From positions 19,392 to 83,391 of the forward strand of contig JBBRAF010000009.1 in NCBI GenBank assembly GCA_038207045.1: a stretch of DNA of 64,000 nt, given 5' to 3'. Below, piece after piece: positions 56,313 through 64,000 of this stretch. The notes under the pieces are model-generated. The model worked only from the letters and a program-made list of their open reading frames with translations, did not search any database and was not told the origin of the DNA. This DNA is from Chthoniobacterales bacterium. GTDB lineage: Bacteria > Verrucomicrobiota > Verrucomicrobiia > Chthoniobacterales > UBA10450. How positions within the stretch are numbered: position 1 is the first letter of the stretch; every line of letters begins with the position of its first letter. Both the position numbers and the translations under genes were made by a program.

Positions 56313-56789
56313 ATGAAGTGGATTGTTTTTCTTACCCTCCCCTTTTACGCGCTCGATCAACTGACGAAGCGTTGGGTTTTGCAGAACATTGACCCGGAAA
56401 GCCCGCGCATCATCATCCGCGACTACTTCGACATTGTGTATGTCACAAATAACGGCGCGGCTTTCGGTTCCTTTAAAAACAACAATGCCTTCTTCATCGC
56501 CCTCTCGTGTGTGGCACTCGTCTCAGTCGCGGCCCTGCTTCTGCGTCAGCGGCCACGCCCGGATGCATGGCGCAACGTTTCGCTCGCCCTTCTGCTCGCC
56601 GGCGTGCTCGGTAACCTGACCGACCGTCTCATCTACGGACACGTCATCGATTTCCTCCTCTTCGACCTGCACGTTCCTTTGGCTCATCCCTGGCCGGCGT
56701 TTAATGTGGCCGATTCGTGCATCTGCGTGGCGGTATTTTGTTTCATCATTTGCTCTCTTCGCGATAAACGGCTGCCCACAGCGTTGTAG
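56313..56789 (+). CDS. lspA: lipoprotein signal peptidase II
   Basis: 158 aa with NNGAAFG, GNLTDRL and FNVAD motifs. Confidence 0.92.
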   Translation: MKWIVFLTLPFYALDQLTKRWVLQNIDPESPRIIIRDYFDIVYVTNNGAAFGSFKNNNAFFIALSCVALVSVAALLLRQRPRPDAWRNVSLALLLAGVLGNLTDRLIYGHVIDFLLFDLHVPLAHPWPAFNVADSCICVAVFCFIICSLRDKRLPTAL

Positions 56790-56847
56790 GGCAGGCGCTC
56801 CCGCCTGCCCCATTTAAACAAGGCAACCGGGAGCGGTTGCCCTACAA
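56784..56847. repeat. composite palindrome (two related hairpins in inverted orientation) after lspA; possible bidirectional terminator
   Basis: Hairpin 1 is GGGCAGGCG-CTCC-CGCCTGCCC (56789-56810). Hairpin 2 is GGCAACCG-GGAG-CGGTTGCC (56822-56841). The outer inverted repeat is TTGTAGGGCA / TGCCCTACAA. Confidence 0.55.
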
Positions 56848-56877
56848 TCGCTGTGATGTGAAGTGACAGGAGTGAAC

Positions 56878-58185
56878 ATGGAACAAACCGCGCGCGAAAT
56901 TTGCGCGCGATTGCGCGAACGCGGGCACGTCGCCTACTTCGCCGGCGGCTGCGTGCGCGACATGGGGCGCGGCTTTGGTCCCAAAGATATCGACATTGCT
57001 ACCGACGCACATCCGGAGCAGGTGCAGCGAATTTTTTCACACACCTACGCGGTCGGCGCGCACTTCGGCGTGATCGTCGTCTTAGAAAACGATTTCCAAT
57101 TCGAAGTCGCGACCTTCCGTTCCGACGATGCCTATGTCGACGGACGGCGCCCGGTGCAGGTGCACTTTGCTTCCGCCGAAGAAGACGCCAGGCGGCGCGA
57201 TTTTACCGTCAACGGTATGTTTTTCGATCCCGCGAGCAATCAGGTCATCGACTTTGTCGGCGGCCGCGCCGACCTCGGAGCGAAGCTCATTCGTGCCATT
57301 GGTGAGCCGGCGCAGCGGTTCTCCGAGGATCGCCTGCGCCTGCTGCGGGCGGTCCGCTTCGCCACCGTCCTCGAGTTCCTGATCGAAAAGGAAACTTGGA
57401 AAGCCGTCACTGATTGCGGCGCGGGCATTTCTCAAATTAGCGCCGAACGCATTCGTGATGAACTGGTGCGGATCTTCCTCTCACGTCAGCGTGTGCGCGG
57501 CTGGGATTTGCTCGACCAATCGGGCCTCTTAGGCGCCATCATCCCCGAAATCGAAGCGATGAAAGGCTGCGAGCAACCGCCGCAGTTCCATCCCGAAGGC
57601 GACGTCTTTCAGCACACACGGTTGATGCTCGGCCTCTTGCCGGACACCGTGTCCGTGCCGCTCGTTTACAGCGTGATCCTGCATGACATCGGAAAACCGG
57701 TTACGGCAACGGTCGACGAAAACGGGCGCATCCGTTTCAATGCGCACGATCGCATCGGCGCGGAGATGACGGAGCGAATCATGGAGCGGCTGCGTTTTTC
57801 GCGCGCAGAAATCGATGCCACGGTGGAGATGGTGCGTCAGCATATGGTCTTCAAGGATGTGCCCAGGATGCGGGTAGCGAAATTGAAGCGCTTCATGGCG
57901 CGGCCGACGTTCGAAGCAGAGTTGGAACTGCATCGCGTTGATTGCGCGAGCAGCCACGCCATGCTGGAGAACTACGAATTCCTCCAGCAGAAAAAGCGGG
58001 AGTTTGCGAACGAGCCAATCATCCCGCCGCCGCTGGTGCGCGGCGATGACCTCATCGCGCTGGGAATGAAGCCGGGACCGAAGTTCGGCGAAATCCTGGA
58101 AGCGGCAGAGACGCGCCAGTTGGAAGGCGCGCTGAGCACGCGCGCGGAGGCGCTGGAGTGGGTGAAAAAGGAGTACGGCTCATAA
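56878..58185 (+). CDS. cca: CCA-adding tRNA nucleotidyltransferase (PolyA_pol head + HD domain)
   Basis: Motifs seen: YFAGGCVRDM..G...KDIDIAT, RRDFTVNGMF, and an HD region (ILHDIGKP). The start is placed at MEQTAREI. Confidence 0.88.
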   Translation: MEQTAREICARLRERGHVAYFAGGCVRDMGRGFGPKDIDIATDAHPEQVQRIFSHTYAVGAHFGVIVVLENDFQFEVATFRSDDAYVDGRRPVQVHFASAEEDARRRDFTVNGMFFDPASNQVIDFVGGRADLGAKLIRAIGEPAQRFSEDRLRLLRAVRFATVLEFLIEKETWKAVTDCGAGISQISAERIRDELVRIFLSRQRVRGWDLLDQSGLLGAIIPEIEAMKGCEQPPQFHPEGDVFQHTRLMLGLLPDTVSVPLVYSVILHDIGKPVTATVDENGRIRFNAHDRIGAEMTERIMERLRFSRAEIDATVEMVRQHMVFKDVPRMRVAKLKRFMARPTFEAELELHRVDCASSHAMLENYEFLQQKKREFANEPIIPPPLVRGDDLIALGMKPGPKFGEILEAAETRQLEGALSTRAEALEWVKKEYGS

Positions 58186-58186
58186 G

Positions 58187-58283
58187 CCTGTCATCCCGAG
58201 CGAAGCCGAGGATTCCGGTGCCAAAGCTTTAAGCTGACTTTCCGGGATCCTCCAATTCGCTTCGCTTCGCTCGGGATGACAGG
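58187..58283. repeat. REP-like palindromic element, copy 2 (terminator-like)
   Basis: The arms CCTGTCATCCCGAGCG (58187-58202) and CGCTCGGGATGACAGG (58268-58283) are complementary, followed by GTTTTTG. It shares the CGCTTCGCTTCGCTCGG tract with copy 1. Confidence 0.8.
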
Positions 58284-58328
58284 GTTTTTGACATCAAACC
58301 TCAAACATCGAACATCAAAAATCTCGCT

Positions 58329-59777
58329 ATGCGCATATTGATGATCAGCGCGGAAGCGCCACCGATGCAGCGACCGGGTGCGCTGGTCGACGTGCTCGAG
58401 GCTTTGCCGCGCGAGCTCCGAGAGCGTGGCCATGAAGTGAGCGTGGTGTTGCCCTTTTACCAGGAGATTCGCGAGAACGACGGAGTGGAGACAAGCGACA
58501 CCGGCGTGACGGTGGACGTGCGCGTGGGCGAGAAGAACCATGTCGCGGAATATCTGGAAGGACACACGGCGAACGGCGTGCAGCTATTCTTTGTTCGCTG
58601 TGACGAGTTTTTTGATCGGCCGGAAGTCTACGGCGAGCATGGTATCGCCTACGAGGATAACGCGGCGCGTTTCATCTTCTTCGGCAAAGCCGCCATTGAG
58701 CTGGCGCGGCGGCTGACGCCGGTGCCGCAGATTTTGCACGCGCACGATTGGGCAGCGGCGCTGGTGCCAGCATATGTGCGCGCACACAATCTTCCTTTCG
58801 CCACGGTGCTGACGATCCACCGCATCGCCGAACAGGGAAGTTTTTGGGGACTCGATTTTGCCCTGACTAATTTACCGCAGCGTTTTTTTAGCCCGCGCGG
58901 ACTTGAGTTTTTCGGGCGGGTGAACTTTTTGAAAGGCGGAATTGTCTTTGCCGATCGCGTCACCACCGTGAGCGAGCATCACAAGCGCGAGATCGTAACG
59001 CCGAGCGGCGGCCACGAGCTCGACATCGTGCTGCGCGAAAACGCGCACAAACTAAGCGGGATTCTGCATGGCGCCGATTACGCGCGTTGGAACCCGGAAA
59101 GCGACCCGCTGCTGCCAGCGCACTTCGATTCACAAAAACTCTCGGGTAAAACAATTTGTCGCGATGCTCTACTGGCCGACCTCGGACTCGCGCCGCGGCC
59201 GAGTGGTCCGGTCTTCGGGATGGTCGCGCGCGTGGTCGCGGAAAAAGGATTCGAGATTCTGATGCCGCTGCTCGATCGGCTGCTTTCCGATGACGTGCGC
59301 CTGATTATCCTGGGCGAAGGCGATCCCGCTTTCGAGACCGCGCTTGCCATGGCCTCTCGCCGTTATCCCACGCAGTTCGCTTATCGGCGTCATTTCGAGG
59401 AGCGGCTAGCGCATCTGATCGAAGCCGGCTCCGACCTCACCCTCATCCCCTCGCGGTTCGAGCCCGGTGGTCTGATGGCGATGTATAGCTTGCGATACGG
59501 TGCGCTGCCGGTGGCGCATGCGAGCGGTGGAATCCAGGAGATCGTCGAGGACTACGACCCGAGCTCCGATCACGGTTCCGGATTTCTCTGTTACGACTAC
59601 TCCGCGGAAGCATTTTGGGATTCAATCAAACGTGCCCGCGAAGTTTTTCAGGACCGTGCCGTGTGGCTGAAGCTGATGAAGCGGGCGATGGCGCGCGAGT
59701 TTTCCTGGAGCGCGGCGGCAGAAAAATACGAGGAGCTATATCGCGGGCTTACTGGTGACGCGGAGCTGGCGGCGTGA
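58329..59777 (+). CDS. glgA: glycogen (starch) synthase
   Basis: 482 aa. MRILMISAEAPP...GALVDVLEALPREL, HAHDWAAAL, and the C-terminal PSRFEPGGL motif. Confidence 0.92.
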   Translation: MRILMISAEAPPMQRPGALVDVLEALPRELRERGHEVSVVLPFYQEIRENDGVETSDTGVTVDVRVGEKNHVAEYLEGHTANGVQLFFVRCDEFFDRPEVYGEHGIAYEDNAARFIFFGKAAIELARRLTPVPQILHAHDWAAALVPAYVRAHNLPFATVLTIHRIAEQGSFWGLDFALTNLPQRFFSPRGLEFFGRVNFLKGGIVFADRVTTVSEHHKREIVTPSGGHELDIVLRENAHKLSGILHGADYARWNPESDPLLPAHFDSQKLSGKTICRDALLADLGLAPRPSGPVFGMVARVVAEKGFEILMPLLDRLLSDDVRLIILGEGDPAFETALAMASRRYPTQFAYRRHFEERLAHLIEAGSDLTLIPSRFEPGGLMAMYSLRYGALPVAHASGGIQEIVEDYDPSSDHGSGFLCYDYSAEAFWDSIKRAREVFQDRAVWLKLMKRAMAREFSWSAAAEKYEELYRGLTGDAELAA

Positions 59778-59831
59778 CCATCCGCCGATCTGTCTTAGTG
59801 GCCCTGTGCACCGCGCATTTCCGTTCTCGCG

Positions 59832-61685
59832 ATGCCGTCAACGCGTCTCCATAAAATAAAGTCGGCGCTCATTGTTGCGTTCCAGCGTCGGCCCCGCTTC
59901 GAGACGCTGTTATCGATTTGCCTTGTTTTGGCGACAGTCGCGTTCGCTTTGCATGCCAGCGAGTTACTCTACCAGGGACGTTACTCGGTCACGCGCCAGG
60001 ACTATTGGCGAATCTACAATCTGGATCTGCATTTCCCGTTTCCGATCAATGCGCTCTACAAACACAACGATCATCCGGTTTTCTTCCCTTCACTTCTCTG
60101 GCTGCCCATTCTCCATTTCTTTCATAACGATCAAACAATTCTTTTCTTTGTTGGCCTCGCCATCACGTGGGCTTGCGCCGCGCTGCTTCTAGTCAGCCTG
60201 TGGCGTTCTCCCAGCCTGACGCTCGCCGAGCGACTGACACTCGGGCTCTTCTACACCGTCGCGTGCCTCTGGCTTGGTAAGGCGAGCATCACAGCCTCGG
60301 GCGGGTTTAGTTGCATGTATTCAACCACGATTCTCGGGGTTCTCGCCGCTTTACTTTGTTTCGATCGCTTGGCTGAAGCGGAATCCGGTTCGGCACGGGC
60401 GAGGTTCTTCCTGGGTATTCTGCTGGCTGGGATTATCACTTCTTTCAGCGCCGGCACGGGCTTGGCGGTATGGCCAACACTAGCGATTCTCGCCATTTTT
60501 TACCGACTCGGCTGGCGCATTACAGCGGGGTTTGGAGCAACGGGCGCGCTTAGCGGTGCGATTTTCGTGCTTCTTCCTAACGACAGTAAACCCGAAATAA
60601 CTGCCGGACTCTCCCACTTGTTTTCAGAACACCAGAGTTCCGCAGTCAGGTATCTTGAGCTGCTGGGTGCACCGTGGATTTATTTCGGGCGAGGGTGGCT
60701 CCTATCCCGGAATATCGACGAGAGACTCTACGTCGGTGCCGCAGTAATGGGCGCTGCCGGCCTCTGTCTGGCCATCTTTTTTGTCGTTCAATTGTCCCGT
60801 TCTTCTCGCGTGCCGGAACCGGCGGAGACCGTCGCCTTTGGCCTGATGATTTTCATTCTGGGTTCGCTGGCCCTGATCGTTGCGGGACGTGGCGCGCTCA
60901 TGAGCACCAGCCCGAACGAAGCATTGGCTCCGCGCTACTGTTACTGGAGTCCGTTCTTTTGGGCTACACTTCCCGTGCTAGCCTTTTATCGTTGGTCGCA
61001 ATTGCGCGTTTTTCCCGCGGTGCCAGCCACCGCTGCTTTGCTAATAACGACTGCGGCATTGCCATCCCAACTCGCAATCGGCCATAACTACGAGAAACAT
61101 CGCAAGGACTGCGAAGACGCGGCCCTGCGGCTGGTCTGCGGTGTGGAAGACGAAGATTCCTTGCAGCGCTTGTTTTCGAGGAGCGTTTTCGCGGCCAGAA
61201 TTATTTATCCGCTATCTAGAACATATCGGGAACGCGGGCTCGACATGTTTGCCTGGCCGGGCGCCAAGCTAATGGGCCAAAAGCTGCCAGACGGTGGGGC
61301 AGCTCGAGATGGGCCGGAAGTGGTCGGTAGTTGGCAAATCGATGCGATGCTTCCTTCGACTTTGAGCGGCGCGCCAGCCGCTCACTTTTCCGGGTGGTGC
61401 GCCACCCGCAAACCCTATTGCGCCGCAGACTGCGTGCTGATTTCGCAGGGAAGTGGCCGCGTTGTCGGCGTGGGCTGGATCACCAACCGGGAATACACTT
61501 TCACGTCGCATCCAGTCGTTGGGTTTAAAGGTTATATCAGGAATTTTTCCAAAACATCCCAATACGAATGCCGAGCCGCGTCGGGCGGCGAGTTATTTGG
61601 GCAGAAGCTTCAGATAGAAGAGCCGATCATAACACTAATGTCGTTACTTTCGAGTGCGTCCCTTGCGCATACTGTCCTTCACTAA
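59832..61685 (+). CDS. polytopic membrane protein, function unknown (GT-C-like topology)
   Basis: 617 aa with about 12 TM helices followed by a ~190-aa soluble C-terminal domain. Confidence 0.5.
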   Translation: MPSTRLHKIKSALIVAFQRRPRFETLLSICLVLATVAFALHASELLYQGRYSVTRQDYWRIYNLDLHFPFPINALYKHNDHPVFFPSLLWLPILHFFHNDQTILFFVGLAITWACAALLLVSLWRSPSLTLAERLTLGLFYTVACLWLGKASITASGGFSCMYSTTILGVLAALLCFDRLAEAESGSARARFFLGILLAGIITSFSAGTGLAVWPTLAILAIFYRLGWRITAGFGATGALSGAIFVLLPNDSKPEITAGLSHLFSEHQSSAVRYLELLGAPWIYFGRGWLLSRNIDERLYVGAAVMGAAGLCLAIFFVVQLSRSSRVPEPAETVAFGLMIFILGSLALIVAGRGALMSTSPNEALAPRYCYWSPFFWATLPVLAFYRWSQLRVFPAVPATAALLITTAALPSQLAIGHNYEKHRKDCEDAALRLVCGVEDEDSLQRLFSRSVFAARIIYPLSRTYRERGLDMFAWPGAKLMGQKLPDGGAARDGPEVVGSWQIDAMLPSTLSGAPAAHFSGWCATRKPYCAADCVLISQGSGRVVGVGWITNREYTFTSHPVVGFKGYIRNFSKTSQYECRAASGGELFGQKLQIEEPIITLMSLLSSASLAHTVLH

Positions 61686-62177
61686 ACGCTGCGCCCGCTC
61701 CGGCCCGTAGCGCCCAAGCGGTTTGAACTTCTTTCCCTTGGCCGCGTTATAAGAAACGAAGAAATGCTCGATCTCATCCACCAGTCTTTCGTTTAGATCA
61801 TCGAGCGTTTTGTAGTCGACGTCGGTGCGCGAGTTGACGGCCACGCCAATGAGCCGGTCGTTGCGTGCGGTTTCGCCTTCCTCGGTCTGCTCCGCTTCGA
61901 TCACCCCAATCAATCGCGTCCGCACCAGACAGCCCACCGTTCCTGGTTCATCCATCAGCACCAGGACATCAAGCGGGTCGCCATCGCCACCGCGCGTCTG
62001 CGGGATGAAGCCGAAATCGAATGGGAAAACCGCGCCCGCCGGCAGGACGCCCGACATCTCGAAGAGCTTCCATTTTTCATTCCAGGAAAATTTGTTCCGG
62101 TTGCCTTTGGGTGTGTCGATGATGACGTGCACTGCCTCCGAGTCAGGATCGAAGGGTGGAAGAGTTATCCTGTTCAT
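61644..62177 (-). CDS. ppa: inorganic pyrophosphatase (family I)
   Basis: The start is placed at MNRITLPPF. Motifs seen: IIDTPKGNRNKF, FPFDFGFIPQTRGGDGDPLDVLVL, and NDRLIGV. Confidence 0.88.
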   Translation of the reverse strand: MNRITLPPFDPDSEAVHVIIDTPKGNRNKFSWNEKWKLFEMSGVLPAGAVFPFDFGFIPQTRGGDGDPLDVLVLMDEPGTVGCLVRTRLIGVIEAEQTEEGETARNDRLIGVAVNSRTDVDYKTLDDLNERLVDEIEHFFVSYNAAKGKKFKPLGRYGPERAQRLVKDSMRKGRTRK

Positions 62178-62366
62178 CACTGCAACGAAATGAATCGCTT
62201 CTCGTTTACACGCGGGATGGCTGACGGGCTGCGAATAAACGGGGGACTGCACCGTCCAAGAGCCGCTGTGACAACTGCCGTTTACGAGAGAGCAGAACAC
62301 CTGGCAGAAGAGCCTTGCCTTGTGTCGGGGGTTGCCGTCTCCTCGGCGCCTGCGACCGATTCCTCG

Positions 62367-63596
62367 ATGCTACTCCGCTTCTCCCCGACCGTCCGCGCCA
62401 TCGGCGGTGGTTTGATCGTAACCCTACTGCAACTCGTTCTCGCGATCGGGCTGCTTGGGCCGGAAGGGCCTCTTCAATACCGGTATCAGACGTTAATTCA
62501 GCACGACAGTTACTGGTTCGGTAACATTGTCGATCGGGGCTACGACACGATCGTTCCACCCATCAGTCACAAGCTAATGGAAGTGTCGAATACTGCGTTT
62601 TTCCCCGCGTATCCGATGCTGGCCGCGGCATTGCATTACGGGTTGCGAGTGAGCACGGAAAACGCCCTTCTCCTGGCTTCGCAGACGGCGGCCTGGGGAT
62701 TCTGGACGTACGTTTTCCTGTTATGCGAGCGTTGGACTGTTCCGGCGGGATGGCAATTTCTCGGCGCGCTCCTGGTCGCGGCGCATCCGGCGGCCTTTTA
62801 TCTTGTGGCGGGCTATTCCGAATCCCTGTTTCTCATGGCATTGCTCGGCTTCCTTTACTGGAGCGGCAACGAGACGCGGAGTGGGAAAGTGCTAGCCATG
62901 CTGCACGGTATTGTCATGTCGGCCACGCGCATCGTTGGTCTTCCTTGCGCGCTGGTGCCGCTTGTGAAACGCGTTTGGGAACTCGGCTTGGGTAAACTTT
63001 TTGCTTTTCGCTCGGCCGTCAAAAACTATGGCGGTGCCGCGCTCCTCAGTCTTGCCGCCATGCTGGGCGCCCTCGGTTTCTTCGCCTATGGTCAATTGCG
63101 CTGGGGCCACTGGGACATTTACATGCTTACTCAGCAATTCGGCTGGGGAATAAAGCCTGATTACCTCGCCGTTTTCAAACCGTCGAACTATCACTGGTTC
63201 CTTCCCGCACTCGACAACCCGACGGAAGCCAGTCAACTGGCGATGACCGTTGGCGGTCTCATGTTGCTCGCTGTGATTGGCTGCGAATTCCTTCCCGCGG
63301 TCAAAAAACAAACGCAGCGTTCTATCCGTATCGCACTCTATTTCGCCGCGTTCGTTCTTTATTTCCTTTCTGTCTCCGGCGTGGCCTGCGTCGCCATGGA
63401 AAGCATGCTCCGCTACGAGTTTTGCGTCCATGCCGTTCTCGTGCTGGCGCTTTTGCATTATCTGGCCAATGTTCCCCTCCGTTCGCGACTGGCGCGAGCG
63501 GGCGCGGTAACTGCAGTCGCGCTGGCCAGCGCGGCGGGGCTCGCCCTCGAAAGCTGGTATGTCTGGAATTTTACCCGGGGTAACTGGGTCGCATGA
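62367..63596 (+). CDS. polytopic membrane protein, GT-C-like mannosyltransferase candidate (PIG-V/DUF2029-like)
   Basis: The start is placed at MLLRFSP. It has [15 protein letters not shown]...FFPAYPML and about 9 TM helices. Its TGA overlaps the next gene's ATG. Confidence 0.45.
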   Translation: MLLRFSPTVRAIGGGLIVTLLQLVLAIGLLGPEGPLQYRYQTLIQHDSYWFGNIVDRGYDTIVPPISHKLMEVSNTAFFPAYPMLAAALHYGLRVSTENALLLASQTAAWGFWTYVFLLCERWTVPAGWQFLGALLVAAHPAAFYLVAGYSESLFLMALLGFLYWSGNETRSGKVLAMLHGIVMSATRIVGLPCALVPLVKRVWELGLGKLFAFRSAVKNYGGAALLSLAAMLGALGFFAYGQLRWGHWDIYMLTQQFGWGIKPDYLAVFKPSNYHWFLPALDNPTEASQLAMTVGGLMLLAVIGCEFLPAVKKQTQRSIRIALYFAAFVLYFLSVSGVACVAMESMLRYEFCVHAVLVLALLHYLANVPLRSRLARAGAVTAVALASAAGLALESWYVWNFTRGNWVA

Positions 63597-64000
63597 TGAT
63601 GAAAACCAACGTTACTATTATTGGCGCCGGTCCGGCCGGGCTCACCGCCGCTTACCTTTTATCGAAAAACGATGTGAGCGTCACCATTCTGGAAGCCGAT
63701 CCGGTTTATGTCGGCGGAATTTCCCGCACCGCCACCTACAAGGGCTTCCACTTCGACATCGGCGGTCACCGTTTCTTTTCCAAATCCAAGGAAGTCAACG
63801 ACCTTTGGAACGAGCTTTTGCCCGACGACATGCTGGAACGGCCGCGTAGCTCCCGCATTTTCTACGGCGGAAAATTCTTCGCTTATCCGCTAAAACCCTT
63901 CGAAGCGCTAATGAAGCTCGGCATGGTGCGGTCCGCCCTCTGCGTTTTGTCGTGGGTGAAAGCGCGGCTCTTTCCCGTGCGCAACCCGCGCAATTTCCAG
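63593..64000 (+). CDS. FAD/NAD(P)-binding oxidoreductase (5' part; runs off the window)
   Basis: Own translation: [64 protein letters not shown]... It has a GxGxxG dinucleotide fold and an ATGA overlap with the upstream gene. Confidence 0.75.
   Translation, partial: MMMKTNVTIIGAGPAGLTAAYLLSKNDVSVTILEADPVYVGGISRTATYKGFHFDIGGHRFFSKSKEVNDLWNELLPDDMLERPRSSRIFYGGKFFAYPLKPFEALMKLGMVRSALCVLSWVKARLFPVRNPRNFQ

Noticed and set aside
58284-58328. ACATCAAA-like short repeats (GACATCAAACCTCAAACATCGAACATCAAAAATC) and the CTTCG x3 tracts, considered as a possible CRISPR or tandem array
   Set aside because: They are only 3-4 very short, irregular units with no spacer structure. This is low-complexity leader sequence before glgA.
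58191-58565. 124-aa minus-strand ORF
   Set aside because: It is built from the REP-like palindrome plus the antisense of the glgA 5' end.
1-64000. Search for rRNA, tRNA, CRISPR arrays, transposases, phage integrases or intI
   Set aside because: I found no cloverleaf-like or rRNA-like sequences in the intergenic regions I read. No ORF carries tyrosine-recombinase (R..H..R..Y) or DDE transposase signatures. Absence is judged by eye only.

Overview
This is a 64-kb chromosomal window, moderately GC-rich by eye, from a Gram-negative environmental bacterium. The gene content includes an ADOP-type duplicated FtsX permease, several ECF sigma factors, a giant sortilin/BNR-repeat protein, many GT-C-like membrane glycosyltransferases and a Tat-exported ferritin-like protein. 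That mix suggests Verrucomicrobiota or Acidobacteriota, but the assignment is inference only.

The backbone genes are ordinary:
- two tandem TolC paralogs, ino1 and a SigK/RskA-like pair;
- a two-component cluster with a cupredoxin-like protein and a beta-barrel;
- an amidohydrolase, an ECF42-type sigma with its YciI/DGPF partner, secG and a czcCBA-type heavy-metal RND operon;
- ileS-lspA, cca, glgA and ppa.

I found no rRNA, tRNA, CRISPR array, transposase or integrase.

The most interesting region is 23.4-26.7 kb. It holds six small minus-strand ORFs of unknown function. Each is followed by a 120-190 bp imperfect palindrome whose ends match the integron attC core consensus (RYYYAAC ... GTTRRRY), and several stop codons sit inside the core. 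This looks like an integron cassette array without an integrase (CALIN-like). One further isolated copy of the element lies at 37.9 kb.

The array is flanked by two genes that are both truncated at their 5' ends and abut head-to-head (LysR and an ECF sigma). The window as a whole carries an unusual number of disrupted genes:
- frameshifts in DUF1761, a cassette secreted protein, an antitoxin-like gene, a K+ channel and an Arg/Gly/Asp-repeat protein;
- internal deletions or truncations in an SDR, an SRPBCC protein and cydA.

Two copies of a roughly 97-bp REP-like palindrome sit at the 3' ends of ileS and cca. All calls rest on reading the sequence and the ORF track and on remembered family motifs. 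No database search was run.
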